In this document: positions 47,164-59,433 of the stretch, in pieces
Layout: each line of letters starts with the position of its first letter
How positions within the stretch are numbered: position 1 is the stretch's first letter
From: Azolla caroliniana
Lineage: Eukaryota; Plantae; Polypodiophyta
Length of the DNA stretch: 59,433 nucleotides
Assembly: GCA_043228905.1 (NCBI GenBank)
Contig: JBHGNT010000179.1
Span: 1 to 59,433, forward strand
Direction: 5' to 3'
Position numbers and translations under genes: made by a program
Notes under the pieces: model-generated
Databases searched by the model: none
What the model saw: the letters and a program-made list of their open reading frames with translations, nothing else
What the model was told of the DNA's origin: nothing

Positions 47164-48396
47164 AGGGGGAGTTTGTTGGGATTTCGGTCCCTCCGAATGG
47201 GATGTCCGGAGATGAATGACGGCAATCCCGGTTACGGTTACGGTTACGGTTACGGTCCCGGCTACGGAGCCGGATGATGAAGACCCCGGCTACGGAGCCG
47301 GATGATGAATGTACCCGGAGCGAGATCCGGATGCGGGGACATATTTGTGAATATGTTTGCCAAGGGCCCTTGAGGCTATATTTGTAAATAGCCCGAAAGT
47401 CATATGTGTATAAATATGACTTAGGGCAAACAGTTTTATGTGGTTGCTACTTATTTTTCTGTTTTTCCACTTAAGAGGAGTGAAGAGTGAGCAGCCGTGA
47501 GAGAGAGAGAGATAGAGCGCGAGAGAGGAAGAGGTAGACGCCTCTGTGTATTTCCGCCGCCTGTGGCGAGGACAGCGAGCTCAAGGTCGTCGCCTTGCAG
47601 CTCGCCATTGTATACTTCTCTGTATAGTGTTGGTTTGGAGTCTTGTACTCCCGTGGTTTTTCCCGTCTAGGGTTTTCCACGTTAATCCCTGTGTGCTCGC
47701 GTCTTGTTTCTCCGTGTGGTTCCTATTTTCTGCTCCATTGATTCACGCTTACTCGGTTGTGGCCGGAAGGTGAAGGTGAATAGAAGCGTCTATTCCTTAC
47801 AAGCTTCTCCGTCGGAAGCGAGCTACCCATCCCTCTATCCATCGGTTATACCTGTTCTTCTTGGTTGGTTTTTCTCTCAAGCTATGTCGGCTGCAGAGGT
47901 TCTCCACCCTCGCACTCTAATACCATGTAAAAAGGAATAGCATGCGGAAGCAATAGGAAACCGAACACAGGAACGCAAGTTTAATGGAGATCTTGACAGT
48001 ACGCGGGAGAGTCAAAGAAGGAGCAGAATAAGTTTGATCCATTTCAAAACAATAATAGTTCTCTCTACATGAAACGTGCTCAACAACACTATTTATACAA
48101 GTCCTAAGAGGACTGACAGAAGTACCACGTACTTCAATGCTCACTTGAGCGTCTGACACTAACTACGAGACTATTAACTACCTAGTAGTCTAGGCTACTA
48201 CTAGACTTCCGGTTACTGTTTGTTCTAGCTCACCGGCTCAATTGCTCGCTGGCTCGCCGATCCGTCTCACCGATCCGGCTTCATCCTTCCGGATGTCGAT
48301 CCGGCTCAGGCTTATTCAGCCGATCCAGATCCGGTTGAGCTTGCCGCTCAACAGTATTGCTTGGAGACATGTGTTCACGACCACATGCTCGGGTAC

Positions 48397-49121
48397 TGAC
48401 GGGAACTCAAGGCTCCTTATGTCCAATGCTCGGCCACAACCGAGATTCTTTTCATACACAGAAAACAGGAAACAAATGCACGACACAAAGGAGAGAAAAA
48501 GGTAGACAGGATGTTTACGTGGAAAACCCCAAACTAGGGGAAAAACCACGGCAGCCCACGGGCTGCAAATTGTCACTATGTAAGAATATACAACAGTGAG
48601 TTCACTGAGGCACTGACCTCGTGCTCACAGATCTTTGCCACAGGCGGCGGTTACAACAGAGGTAACAACCTCTTTCTCTCTCTCTCTCTCTGTACACAGT
48701 TACGCGCTCTCTCTATATTCTTGCACCAACAAGAATGACAACAACAACTAAAGTTTGCCCTAAGTCATATTTATACTAATATGACTTTTCGGCTATTTAC
48801 AAATATAGCCTCAGTGGACTATCAGAAAACATATTTACGAATATGTCTCTTCATCCGGTTCTCCGTAGCCGGGTACTCCTCGTCCGGTTCATACCGGGTC
48901 TGCACCATCCGGTTCTCCGTAGCCGGGTACTCCTCATCCGGTTCATACCGGGTCTGCACCATCCGGCTCTCTGTAGCCGAGTCCTCCTCATCCGGTTTTG
49001 TACCGGGTCTGCACCATCCGGCTCTCCGTAGCCGGGTCCTCCTCATACGGTTTCGAGAGGGACCTGTCTCCCTTGGCACTGTTCTTCTCCCTTCCCATTC
49101 GGAGGGACCTGTCTCCCAACT
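48397..49121 (-). mobile_element. Solo LTR related to the element C LTR, with an internal 54-bp tandem repeat (~48850-49040)
   Basis: TSD GGTAC at 48392-48396 and 49122-49126; shares gaggctatatttgtaaatagccg...tataaatatgacttagggcaaac with the C LTR; host gag rejoins across it. Confidence 0.88.
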
Positions 49122-49126
49122 GGTAC

Positions 49127-52105
49127 ATTCGAGAAGCCGAGACGCCGAAGGAAGCGTGGGAGAATCTACAAAAGATTTTCGCCGCCAACACTACCGCGAG
49201 AAACCTTCAACTCCGCCAAGAGTTGAACAACATCTAAAAAAGGGATATGTCCATCACAAGCTACACCTTGAAGATCAAGGAGCTTCGCGACTCGCTTGGC
49301 TCGATAAGCATCAATGTGGATGATGATGAGATGGTGCAAATATGTCTCGGCGGCCTTGCACCACGATTCGGTGCGATGCAGACCGCCGTACTAGCACGGG
49401 AGAATCCACCCTCCTTTTTCGATCTTCAATCTATGTTGTTGGTCGAAGAAAACCATGTTCGAACGAGGAGCAACGCCTCGGAAGGCCACATGCTCTACAC
49501 ACATTCGAACGGAGGAAGAGGACGCGGTCATGCAAGAAGAGGGCGATTTGGCCAAGGACGAGGCGGACGAGGCCCGACTTATGAAAACAACTCACAATTT
49601 TGGCATCAAGACAGAAGCCATCAAGGAACCTTCGGAAGAAGGGGGAGCTTCCATTCCAGTCCGAACCGACAAAGCTCGGTCAAATGTAGATATTGTAGAA
49701 AAATCGGTCACCACGAAGAAGAATGTCATAAGAAGATACACGAGTTGGCTTCCACTAGCCGACAACTCACCAACTACGCCATCAACTCCGACTATGATGA
49801 TCGCGGTGGAATGTTCGTGATGAGACATAGAGCGAATTCTATGTCAGCATCTACTTCTACTATTGCCTCCGGTCCAGAAGACATATGGTTCGTCAATTCT
49901 GCTGCCTCGAACCATATGACGTCGCATCAAGAATGGTTTTGAGAACTTCGAGAGTCGGACCGACCCGGCTATGTCGAAACCGGAGACGACACTACGCACC
50001 TGATTTGGCACATTGGCAATGTTCCGTTGGGAGAAGAGGGTAAGCAAACTTATATTAAAAATGTCTTGCATGTACCATCTATCACAAAGAATTTGGTCTC
50101 CCTCGGCCAAATTGTAGAGCAAGGAATGCAAGTTCGATTTAATAAAGGCGGTTGCTTCATCGAAAAAGAGGGCCGACTCATCGCGCGCGGACGGAGAGAG
50201 GGCCGAATGTTCATTCTCGACTCGCACGAGATGAAATCGGCCATGTTCGCAAAAGGCATGAAAGTCGATTCCGACATCGAGTTATGGCACAAGCGGATTG
50301 GCCATATCAACCTCCAAAAGCTCAAGGCAATGCAATTGAAAGGAGTCGTCATCGGGCTCCCGACATTCACGGAGAACGAGATTGAAGCCGTGTGTGCCGC
50401 TTTCCAATTCAGCAAGCAACATCGGCACCCATTTCCGAAGGAGCGGAACGTGAGCAAAGGCATACTCGACGTAATTCATTCCGATGTATGGGGTCCGGCC
50501 CAGACGGCTACATTCGGCGGATGCCGATACTACGTGGCCTTCATTGACGACTTCTCCAGGCACACTTGGATCTACCCCATGCGACAAAAGAGTGAAGTGT
50601 TCGGACACTTCCAAAAATTTAAGAATGAAGTCAAGAAAGCCACAGGCTCACATGTACGATGTCTTTGATCAGATGGAGGCAAGGAATATTTCTCGGATGA
50701 GTTTACTGCGTATCTCTGAAAGGAAGGAATCCGGCGAGAATTTTCATGTCGACATACGCCACAACAGAACGGAGTAGCCAAACGCAAGAATCGACACATC
50801 CTTAAAGTGGCACGAGCTATGCTTAACGAAAAGCACATGCTGAAATCGTATTGGGCGGAAGCGGCCAACATGGCCGTATACCTCATGAATCGGTGTACGA
50901 TATCCGGTGTGCACGAACTTACTCCGCACAAGAAGTTTTTCGGAAAGAAGCCAATCACATGTTCGGATATTCGGCTCCATTGCGTACGTGCACATCCCCA
51001 ACGAGAAGCGTCAAAAGCTTGACCCAAAGTCGGAGAAATGTATCCTCGTAGGATACTCATTGGAGCCAAAGGGGAACAAGTGCTACAACCCCTCAACTCG
51101 AAAATCTCGAGTAAGTCGAGACGTCGTTTTCGACAAGTCTGCATCCTGGTACACACCAAAGACAACTTCAACTTTGATTCCGCTCAACTCGGATTCCGCC
51201 GAAATAGAGATAGAAGATGAAGATCGACTCACGCGCATGTTCAAAGAAAGCCCAATTATGACAAGGCTTAGAGGGCCACAAGAGCCCCCGAGCAATCAAA
51301 GCACATCTCGGCCAAGTCCAAAGATGGACAAAGGGAAGGCGAAAATGCTGGAGTATGAAGACGATCACTTCGACGGCAACGAATCGACTCACTCCCTCGA
51401 TAGTGACTTCGAAGGCCTTGAGATCCGGACAAATGGAGCGGAGAAAGCCACAGTGTCCTCAAACGAGAAGCTCCGCCGATCCGCCCGTGAAAAGAACCCC
51501 GTAAGCCGATTTGGCTACAACAATTATATGGCGTACCATTACGCCTTTATGATGAAGGTAGCAACAGTACGGGAGCTGGAAACCTTTTCCGAAGCCGCGA
51601 AGGACCCACGATGGATCGAAGCGATGAATGAGGAGATGCAAGCACTCTCCAAGAACGAGACATGGGATCTCGTTCCCCACTCACCGCACAAGAAGGCAAT
51701 TGGCTGCAGATGGATCTACAAGGTGAAGTATAATGCCGGCAGCTCCGTAAACTGTTATAAAGCTCGACTCGTAGCGAAAGGATACGCACAAACACATGGA
51801 GTTGAATATGAAGAGACCCGGTGGAAAAGACGACGACGGTGCGGACCGTGATCGCACTTGCAGCAGCAAAAGTGTGGCACCTCCACCAAATGGACGTCAA
51901 GAATGCCTTTCTTCAAAGCAAATTAGACGAGGAGGTGTACATGGTACAACCACCCAGCTTCGAATCGCACATTCATCCAAAAGCCGTATGCCAACTCAAG
52001 AAGCCTCTCTACGGCCTCAAGCAAGCACCGCGTGCTTGGCATTCGAAGATTATGCAATATCTTCATCAAATCGGCTTTCAAATGTCGAAATCCGACAACT
52101 CCCTC
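49127..52105 (+). pseudogene. Copia A gag-PR-INT-RT (degenerate)
   Basis: ORFs 49247..49942, 50027..50668, 50807..51022, 50907..51851 and 51821..52123; several stops and frameshifts. Confidence 0.92.
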
Positions 52106-52880
52106 TGTCAGGAACAGTACTAAGACAGAGAAGGAATTAGTACTAAAAGAAGTATTAGTACTAAGAGAGGTGAACAACTCTCGAGAGAAGGAAAGAGTGA
52201 ATGAGAGGGAGGGGGAGAGAGAGAGATAGATAGATAGATAGATTATATTATCGTCTTCGGAGATCAAATATGACCTATGAGACCAAAAATATTACATTTC
52301 ACGTGATACGTGTGAAAGTTAGTAGTGACTCTCGATGTTCAAGAACTTTACCAATGAATGTTGCAATCGAGAGTGCACATTGTGGTTGTGAGAGGAATTC
52401 ATGCAAAGATTGGGCTCGATCGAAGAGATGTGGAAAGCATGGTCGAATATGATCAAAGGCAGAGCATTGTATCAAAGTGTGATACTCAGACTCGCGAACT
52501 TGTTTAGGGCAAAGTGTGCATAGCCGACCACTCTCATCACTTGTACCCCAACGCCCTGTTTCACATCGCAATGCATGTGCGCTAAGTCGCATGGAAGCAA
52601 TGGTTCGAATGGCAGATAACGGTATGGGCTCTAACATGTATGGATGTGTACGATTTCCCTGTTCCGCAAAGAATATGGTTTTGTAGTTAGGTGCAACATG
52701 TGTAGTATAATGTGTGAAGCGTGAGCCTCCACATTTGTCCCATGTCATGATACATTGGCGTTGCAAAAATGCCTCATTTACAGAGGAATCTAATGATGCA
52801 TCATGAAGCAAGTGTCTCGCATCCCATCTACCAAACCATTTTTCTATATCTTGCATCCAACCGGAACACAAAATTTTGCT

Positions 52881-52932
<52 letters not shown>

Positions 52933-55900
52933 AGAAAAGATATATATATATTATGTGAAGAGAATGTATAGTAGTAGCTAGGAGGCTTAAAACTGGCGTT
53001 GAACCGATTTGGTTCGAAATAATGCCTTGTGCCTCCTTTTATAGTGTTCTAAGGAATACTCTTGAAGTTTCTAGAATGTTCTAGAGAAATCTGGAATATA
53101 CATCAATTTTTCTATAATAAAAAATGAAAATAATATTTTATGTATTACGATGTATAGTCTAATGGTCAAGAGCTCGACCCATGTAGCATAAGGTCATGGG
53201 TTCGAGTTTTGCCATATCATGACACTATCCCCCCCTTTAAAACAACGGGTATTACGAGTCGTTTTGGATTGAGGACCCGGTTTGTCTGGATATTGACGAT
53301 GGAAGTCTTCAAGAAGAGCATGATCATTGGTCACATTCTCTATTAGTTCCCAAGTACGCTCGCTGGGACTATATCCTAGCCAATCGACTAGATAGTAGAG
53401 CTTGTTGCGAACAATCTTGGAATCAAGGATGGTGGCAACCTCGTACTCAGGTCCATCTTCAAGCTCGATCGGGGGTGGAGGCTGTGTAATACATCCTGGG
53501 ATGGTGCTCTCTTGATAGGGTTCGAAGAGAGAACTATGAAACACCGGATGGATCCGAAGTTGCGGAGGTAGATCGAGACGAAAAGTGACATCATTAATCT
53601 TTCCTATAATACGGAAAGGACCTAATCGCCGATAATCCAACTTCTCGCATGGGTGAGTAGTCTTGATGTGTCATCGTAGTAGCCATACCCGATCTCCAAT
53701 GTTAAAACTGGATGGGAGTTGATGGTGATCCGCATAAACCTTGTGTGTTTGTTGAGCTTGTTGGAGATGAGTAGATAAATCGGCTTGTATCTTGCGTAAC
53801 CGCTCTAAACGATCCTCTACTCAAGGATTTGTGGACAACTTTAGGGTTTCAAAGACACACCACCGGGGTGAGAACCCGTATAAGCATAAAATGGCGTAAC
53901 TTTAGTCGATGCGTGGACAGAGTTATTGTAGGCAAATTCGGAAAAGTGGAGAATATCTACCTAGTCATCCTGATGATAGCTTAGAAAGCACGAAGATACT
54001 GCTCCAGTGTTTGATTTGTTCGTTCTGCTTGGCCATCCGTTTATGGGTGGTAGCCAGAAGAGAGGTTACACGTGACCTTCAGCATTTTAAAAAGGTGCTT
54101 CCAGAATTTCGATACGAACTGGGCTCCACGATCGCTGATGATACTATCGGGAAGGCCATGATGCCGACATACTTCACACATGACAATTTCAGCGGTTTCT
54201 TCACTGGATATCTCCTTAGTACATGGCAAGAAATGAACCATCTTCGTATATCGATCTATGACTGTTAGAATCGCTTTGAACCCCTTAGAGACTGGAAGAT
54301 CTGTGATAAAGTCTAGAGCAATGGATTGCCACGGCTTGATTGGAATTGGTAATGGTTCTAATAAACCATATGGATGATGCCTTGGCATTTTCGCTCTGCA
54401 ACATGTATCACAAGTCCGAACAAAATCTTCGATAAATTGTTGCATACGGGGCCACTAAAATGACCGTTGTACTAAATCTAATGTTTTAGTACTACCAAAA
54501 TGCCCAACTGTATATATGTCATGACAGTTTTGGACTACTCGAAGGCAGCAAGAACCATTAGGAACATACAAGAGTTCAAAAGAATAGTAATCCATCATCG
54601 TATTTGAATTGCCGATAGTCCGTACCTGGTGGTTGCGACTGTGAACAAGATGCTCGAGAGGGATCAATTTGTGCTAGAATGGCTCGGGCGAAAGCATCGG
54701 TCTTCAAGTCCTCACATATAGTATTGATAACGTGGGAATCCATTGGCATGCCAAAGACCTGTATTGCTTGCAGTCGTGTCGGTCCCAAGATTACTTGCTT
54801 TTGGTTATCAAAAGCTGGCTCGCCGTGATGCGGTGCTAGGTACGAATGTCGTGATAATGCATCTGCCGATAGTCCGTGCTTCCTCGGACGATATGTAATT
54901 TTGAAGTCGAAACGCATGAGGAAGTGGGCCCACCGAGCTTGACGTCGATTTAACACACGAGCGTCCTGAAAGTAGGCAAGGTTTTTGTGGTCACTGAATA
55001 CAGTGACTTGATGAGAGGATCCCTCTAGAAAAGGCCTCCATTGTGTAAAAGAATCCACTATTGCCAATAGTTCCTTATCATGAATTTCGTAGTTGATTTC
55101 GGTGGCGTCAAACTTGCGTGACTGAAAAGCCACTGGATGTAGCTTCTCATCATTACCCCGTTGTGACAGAATGCTCCCCAATGTGAAATCCGATGCGTCT
55201 GCTTCGATAATGAATGGTTTTTCCGGATCGACATGAGCTAGAATTGGAGCCGATGTAAATACCTTTTCAAGACTCTCGAAAGCCATGTCCGCTTCTTTAG
55301 ACCAAACGAACGATTGTCCCTTCCTAGTAAGCTGTGTGAGAGGCAGAATGAGCTTTGAGTAATTCTGTATGAATTTCCGGTAAAAATTGGCAAAGCCTAA
55401 AAAGCATTGCACATCTCGCATCGAACGCGGAGTCTGCCACTCTACCACAGTTTTGACCTTAGATGGGTCCATGGAGATGCCTTCTGAGGAAATGACATAG
55501 CCCAAAAATTCCACCTGGTTGCACCCAAAACTACAGTTTTCCAGCTTTGCATAAAGACCATGTTCTCGAAGTCGTTTTAGTACTAATAGTACATGAGAAT
55601 CATGCTCTTCTTGGGTCTTCGAATAAACCAATAGATCATCCAAATAGATGATCAAACAAACATCCAAGAGATCTCGGAATATATCATTTGCCATGTGCTC
55701 GAAGACTGTTGGCGCATTAGTGAGGCCGAACAGCATGACTGTATACTCGAAGTGCCCATATCTAGTGCGAAACGCGGTCTTCCATTCATCTCCTGGTCGG
55801 ATCCGTACGAGGTTATAGGCTCCCCTCCCCGTAAGTCGATCTTCGTGAAGAACCTGGCACCATTGATCCGTTCTAAAAGGCTTGAGATAAGGGGAAGTGC

Positions 55901-58139
55901 ATACCTATTTCTGATTGTCACCTTATTCAAGCCACGATAATCTACAACGAGATGAAGTGATCCATCCTTTTTCTTGACGAAGAAAATGGGTGCGCCGGCT
56001 GGAGATTTCGAATGCCGAATGAAACCATTTTCCAAATTCTCCTCTATATAGGCTCGCGGGACTTCTAGCTCGGTTGGTGACAAACTGTAGATCGGTCCCC
56101 ATGGTGGCTCTTTCCCCGATTGTAAATCGATGGGGCAATCATACGGTCGATGGTGAGGAAGCATATTGGTTTGTACTTTATCGAACACATCGTCATAATG
56201 ATGATACTTCTTCGGAAGTTGAACAATGGACTCCTCTTTAATGGTGTCTAAGGGCTTTACGGATATTGCGAAGAGAAACATTTCTTCCTTGCGTCCTTCT
56301 TCCCGCAACTGATGTAGCGAAATGGTTGCAATCTCATGAGTAGATCCTCGGGCTTTTCGATACCGGATTTCTCTTGTTCTCCAATCTACGTCTGGGTTAT
56401 GTAATTCGAACCATGGTAATCCTAAAACAATGGGGTGTTCTGGGATGCTAATTATATTAAATGATACTACACATGCTAGATTATCTAGGACAATATTAAC
56501 GGGCTCTAACTCTTCTATGATATTTCCGGAAGCAATGGGACGACCATCAATGACTACTACAGAGGCTGGACACAGGAGTTTTCTGAGTGAAATTTGATGA
56601 GCTTGGGCAAAGTTCCTATCCATGAAGCAAGAATTAGCTCCAGAATCTAGAAGTGCTAAGACATGTACTAGAGGGGTACTTTTAGTACTAACTATTACTT
56701 GGGCTACGAACACATTGCTAACTTGCTTAGAGGGAATGGAACCACTAATGGGTTGCACAGATCTAGGGTTGTCCAACCAAACGACTCCTATTTTGGATGG
56801 ACTTAGTCGTTTAACTCTTCTTCTAACTGACTAAGGACATCAAATTTGTTCGCTAGATTTGGGCTATTAGTACTATTAGGACTATCAAATATCCCTACTG
56901 AAATAGACTCGGGTTTAGTACAATCAGAACTAGCAACTATTTGGTTTACCTGCCTTCTTGGCCTATGGGGACAGTTTACTGCGATATGCCCTGGTCCACC
57001 ACAATAAAGACAGTCGGTTTGCTCGGCGTCATTGCTTTTCTTCTTCTGATAGCGGTCCACGACGACGTGTGGTATTAATTTCCATCGGAGTTGGAGTACT
57101 TACTGGAGGCGCATTATATGACTCCCTCAGAAAAGGTTTCGCTACCACTGAGGCATAGGTAGGCTCTGATCTTGCCCTCAGAATCTGGAATTGTCGTTCC
57201 GAACGTCATTCGAAGAGGTGGTTGTCACATCTCACCGCACGACTGATTGCTTCTGTTAATGACTTTGGCTCTTCGGGGAAGGTCAAGAGTAAATTCGTGA
57301 CATCGTTGCGTAAACCATAACGAAATTGCTCCATCAATGCGTGATCATCCCAAGGGATATCGGCAGCGAGTAGGCGGAAATCTGCAGCGTATGTGGAGGC
57401 TGGACAGTCACCTTGGCGTAATCGCCGAATTTTGTTGATTGCAGTCCTTATGATGTCAGTATCTCCAAAACAGGCCTTAAACTCACTTATAAATTCTTCA
57501 AAACTGTTTAGTAATGGAGATTCCTTTTCCAACAATGGAGCAAACCATGCTAACGCTGAGCCACTAAGGAGAGTGCCTACTAGTCCCACTCGTGATGCAT
57601 CGGTGGGATATTGAGAAGGATGCATTTGTATCACTAAATGTACCTAATTCAAAAACCCTCTAAACTGTGATCGGGTCCCATCAAACTTCGCAGGAAGACC
57701 GATCTTGGGTTCTTTGTGAATCCCTTGAGTGCTTGATCCTTGTTGTTGTAATGATAGGATAGTCGCTTCGAGTTGTTGTACACGTAACGTCAGCTCCCCA
57801 TGTTGTTGTTGTTTTTCCAACGCTATTTGATGAAGATCCCCCAACAAACGATGATTTTCTTGTTCTAGTGCTACAAATTTCTCTTTTAAGCACTAGAGGC
57901 TCGAGAAAACAGATTGGTATTCCTGAGCGCTAACAGTTTCCATTTTACTATGGAGGATAAGAGGATTAGTAAGAAGATAAAAGGAAGAGGAGGAAAGGAA
58001 GATATGGAAGGAAGAACGACCAAAATCGGTTCAAACTATCAGGAACAGTACTAAGACAGAGAAGGAATTAGTACTAAAAGAAGTATTAGTACTAAGAGAG
58101 GTGAAGAACTCTCGAGAGAAGGAAAGAGTGAGTGGGAGG

Positions 58140-58178
<39 letters not shown>

Positions 58179-58467
58179 AGAAAAGATATATATATTATGT
58201 GAAGAGAATGTACAATAGTAGCTAGGAGGCTTAAGACTGGCGTTGAACCGATTTGGTTCGAAATAATGCCTTGTGCCTCCTTTTATAGTGTTCTAAGGAA
58301 TACTCCTGAAGTTTCTAGAATGTTCCAGAGAAATCTGGAATATACATCAATTTTCTATAATAAAAAATGAAAATAATATTCTATATATTACAATGTATAG
58401 TCTAATGGTCAAGAGCTCGACCCATGTAGCATAAGGTTATGGGTTTGAGTCTTGCCATATCATGACA
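52106..58467 (-). mobile_element. Degenerate full-length Tcn1/Tf1-sushi-like chromovirus
   Basis: LTRs 52106-53224 (interrupted) and 58037-58467; TSD CCCTC; gag 57206..57847, PR-RT 55652..56776, RT-RH 54576..55736, INT 54041..54445, chromodomain 53194..53640 (EYEVATILDSKIVRNKLYYLVDWLGY...TWE). Confidence 0.95.
52225..52885 (-). mobile_element. 5'-truncated non-LTR retrotransposon (LINE, RTEX/RTE-like 3' end) inserted in the (GA)n tract of the LTR
   Basis: ORF 52299..52871 ends in LRCETGRW...RLCTLC...ESEYHTLIQC (LINE C-terminal CCHC); short 3' UTR and (TATC)n tail; absent from the paired LTR. Confidence 0.8.
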
Positions 58468-58499
58468 CCCTCTACGTACACATTGCACTATTTTGAGCT

Positions 58500-59433
58500 T
58501 GATTCTAAACAATATCAAGTCGAGCTTGTTACAGCTCTGGTTTCTTTCGATGGGGAATGGAAGGCGGTGGTGCTTCCCGAGCTGGCAGGCTTCACATATT
58601 TGGGCCTTCTGGCCACTAAAGTTTGGCAATCCGAAAACAACATGTTTCGATTGCAGGTCTTCAAACCTCTGATAGTTGACATGGCCGATCCGCTTGTGCC
58701 ACAAGTCGATATCCAATTCGACCTTCTATCCTTTTGCGAACATAGCAGTGCCGACGTCATTGGTGTCGAAGATAAACATCCTCCCATCCCGGCGCCCTTG
58801 CGCAATGATCCAGCCCTCTTCCTCAATGAAGCACTCGAGATGCGGAAATCCCACTTGCGTCCCCTGGTCGATGATATGTCCGATCGACACTAGCTTCTTT
58901 GTGTTTCATCACAAAGGCAAAGCCGAATCCATTTACGGAACCGGATCCTTCCGGTCCTTCCGAGCTTTGTCCGAATCGGCACGCTTTTCCCAGCACTCGC
59001 TCTCTTTGTGCCCCTTCCAGCCACAGTACCAACATTCTCTTGCGGTCTTCTCTTGCCAGCTTCCGTCACCACCTTGACTGCCCCTGCTTGTGGAGGGTCC
59101 GGAACTGTTGTCAGCATCATCATTGTGCCTCCAGTTTTGGTCTTGTCGGCCACTTCCACCGCATGCCGATCCGCCTCCGTGTACAACATCATGTTGTCGG
59201 TGTGCATGCTCGTTGACGCACCCGCGTGGTTCTCCTCTATTAGGAGCATCGACTGTAGCTCGAAAAACAAGGGCTTATTCTCCCTTGTACAAACCGCCTT
59301 CCGGAATGCTCTGAACTTTGACGACAGGCCCTCGAGACAAACCTGCAGCATCTCATCCTCTGACAAGTGAGTCGTAGATGTCTTTGACTGGGGCCGTATA
59401 GTCGGCCACTGACATGTCCGTCTATCGGACATT
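58500..59433 (-). pseudogene. Copia family A/B gag-to-integrase fragment with an internal deletion
   Basis: ORFs 58890..59432 (EMLQVCLEGLSSKF...FFELQSMLL) and 58402..58716 (DIDLWHKRIGHVNY...ICEACQLGKHHR); protease region missing. Confidence 0.85.

Larger units (their letters stand above)
42413..47801 (+). mobile_element. Full-length young Ty1/copia element C
   Basis: LTRs 42413-43058 and 47174-47801 (2 substitutions, 18-bp indel); TSD AGCTT; PBS tggtatcagagc at 43062-43073; PPT gaagggggag. Confidence 0.97.
23016..48353 (-). mobile_element. Ty1/copia element B (degenerate, full-length), carrying three nested insertions
   Basis: 5' LTR 47926-48353; 3' LTR 23016-23167 plus 30230-30508; 5-bp TSD GTATT at 23011-23015 and 48354-48358; PBS ctctaatacca at 47915-47925; PPT at 30509. 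Confidence 0.93.
22201..58480 (+). mobile_element. Host Ty1/copia element A (degenerate, 3'-truncated), interrupted by B, a solo LTR and the Tcn1-like element
   Basis: 5' LTR 22201-22649; PBS tggtatcaaagc at 22650; gag 22817-23015 resumes at 48354 and 49122, and RT resumes at 58468, each time across a matching TSD (GTATT, GGTAC, CCCTC). Confidence 0.88.

Noticed and set aside
56803-57850. Domesticated PEG10/RTL1-like gene
   Set aside because: The similarity reflects sushi/Tcn1 gag ancestry; it lies between LTRs with a TSD and has stops and frameshifts

Overview
This is eukaryotic, almost certainly non-seed-plant (moss-like) heterochromatin; no host gene is visible. The window is a pile-up of nested LTR retrotransposons, resolved from LTR pairs, primer-binding sites (PBS), polypurine tracts (PPT) and target-site duplications (TSD). 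Contents: (i) two young Ty3/gypsy elements of one non-chromovirus lineage (4350-11640, 23168-30225) with tRNA-Trp PBS, 4-bp TSDs and separate gag-PR and pol frames; (ii) a young chromovirus with TG..TA LTRs (34113-41161) plus a degenerate relative (19056-21574); (iii) a young Ty1/copia element (42413-47801) and a related solo LTR (48397-49121); (iv) about seven degenerate copies or fragments of one copia family, including host A (22201 to ~58480) and element B nested in it (23016-48353); (v) a Tcn1/Tf1-like chromovirus (52106-58467) with a LINE fragment in its LTR; (vi) a non-autonomous LTR element carrying a 48-bp tandem array (14407-16788); (vii) an LTR-derived modular satellite (1295-12076, interrupted). 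The most interesting signals are a -1 ribosomal frameshift cassette (GGAUUUU, 6-nt spacer, H-type pseudoknot) conserved in both divergent gypsy elements between protease and RT, Tf1-type self-priming signatures in two elements, an LTR-born higher-order satellite, and an array of hairpin repeats in a chromovirus 5' UTR. Lineage and species names are inferred from motifs, not from database searches.
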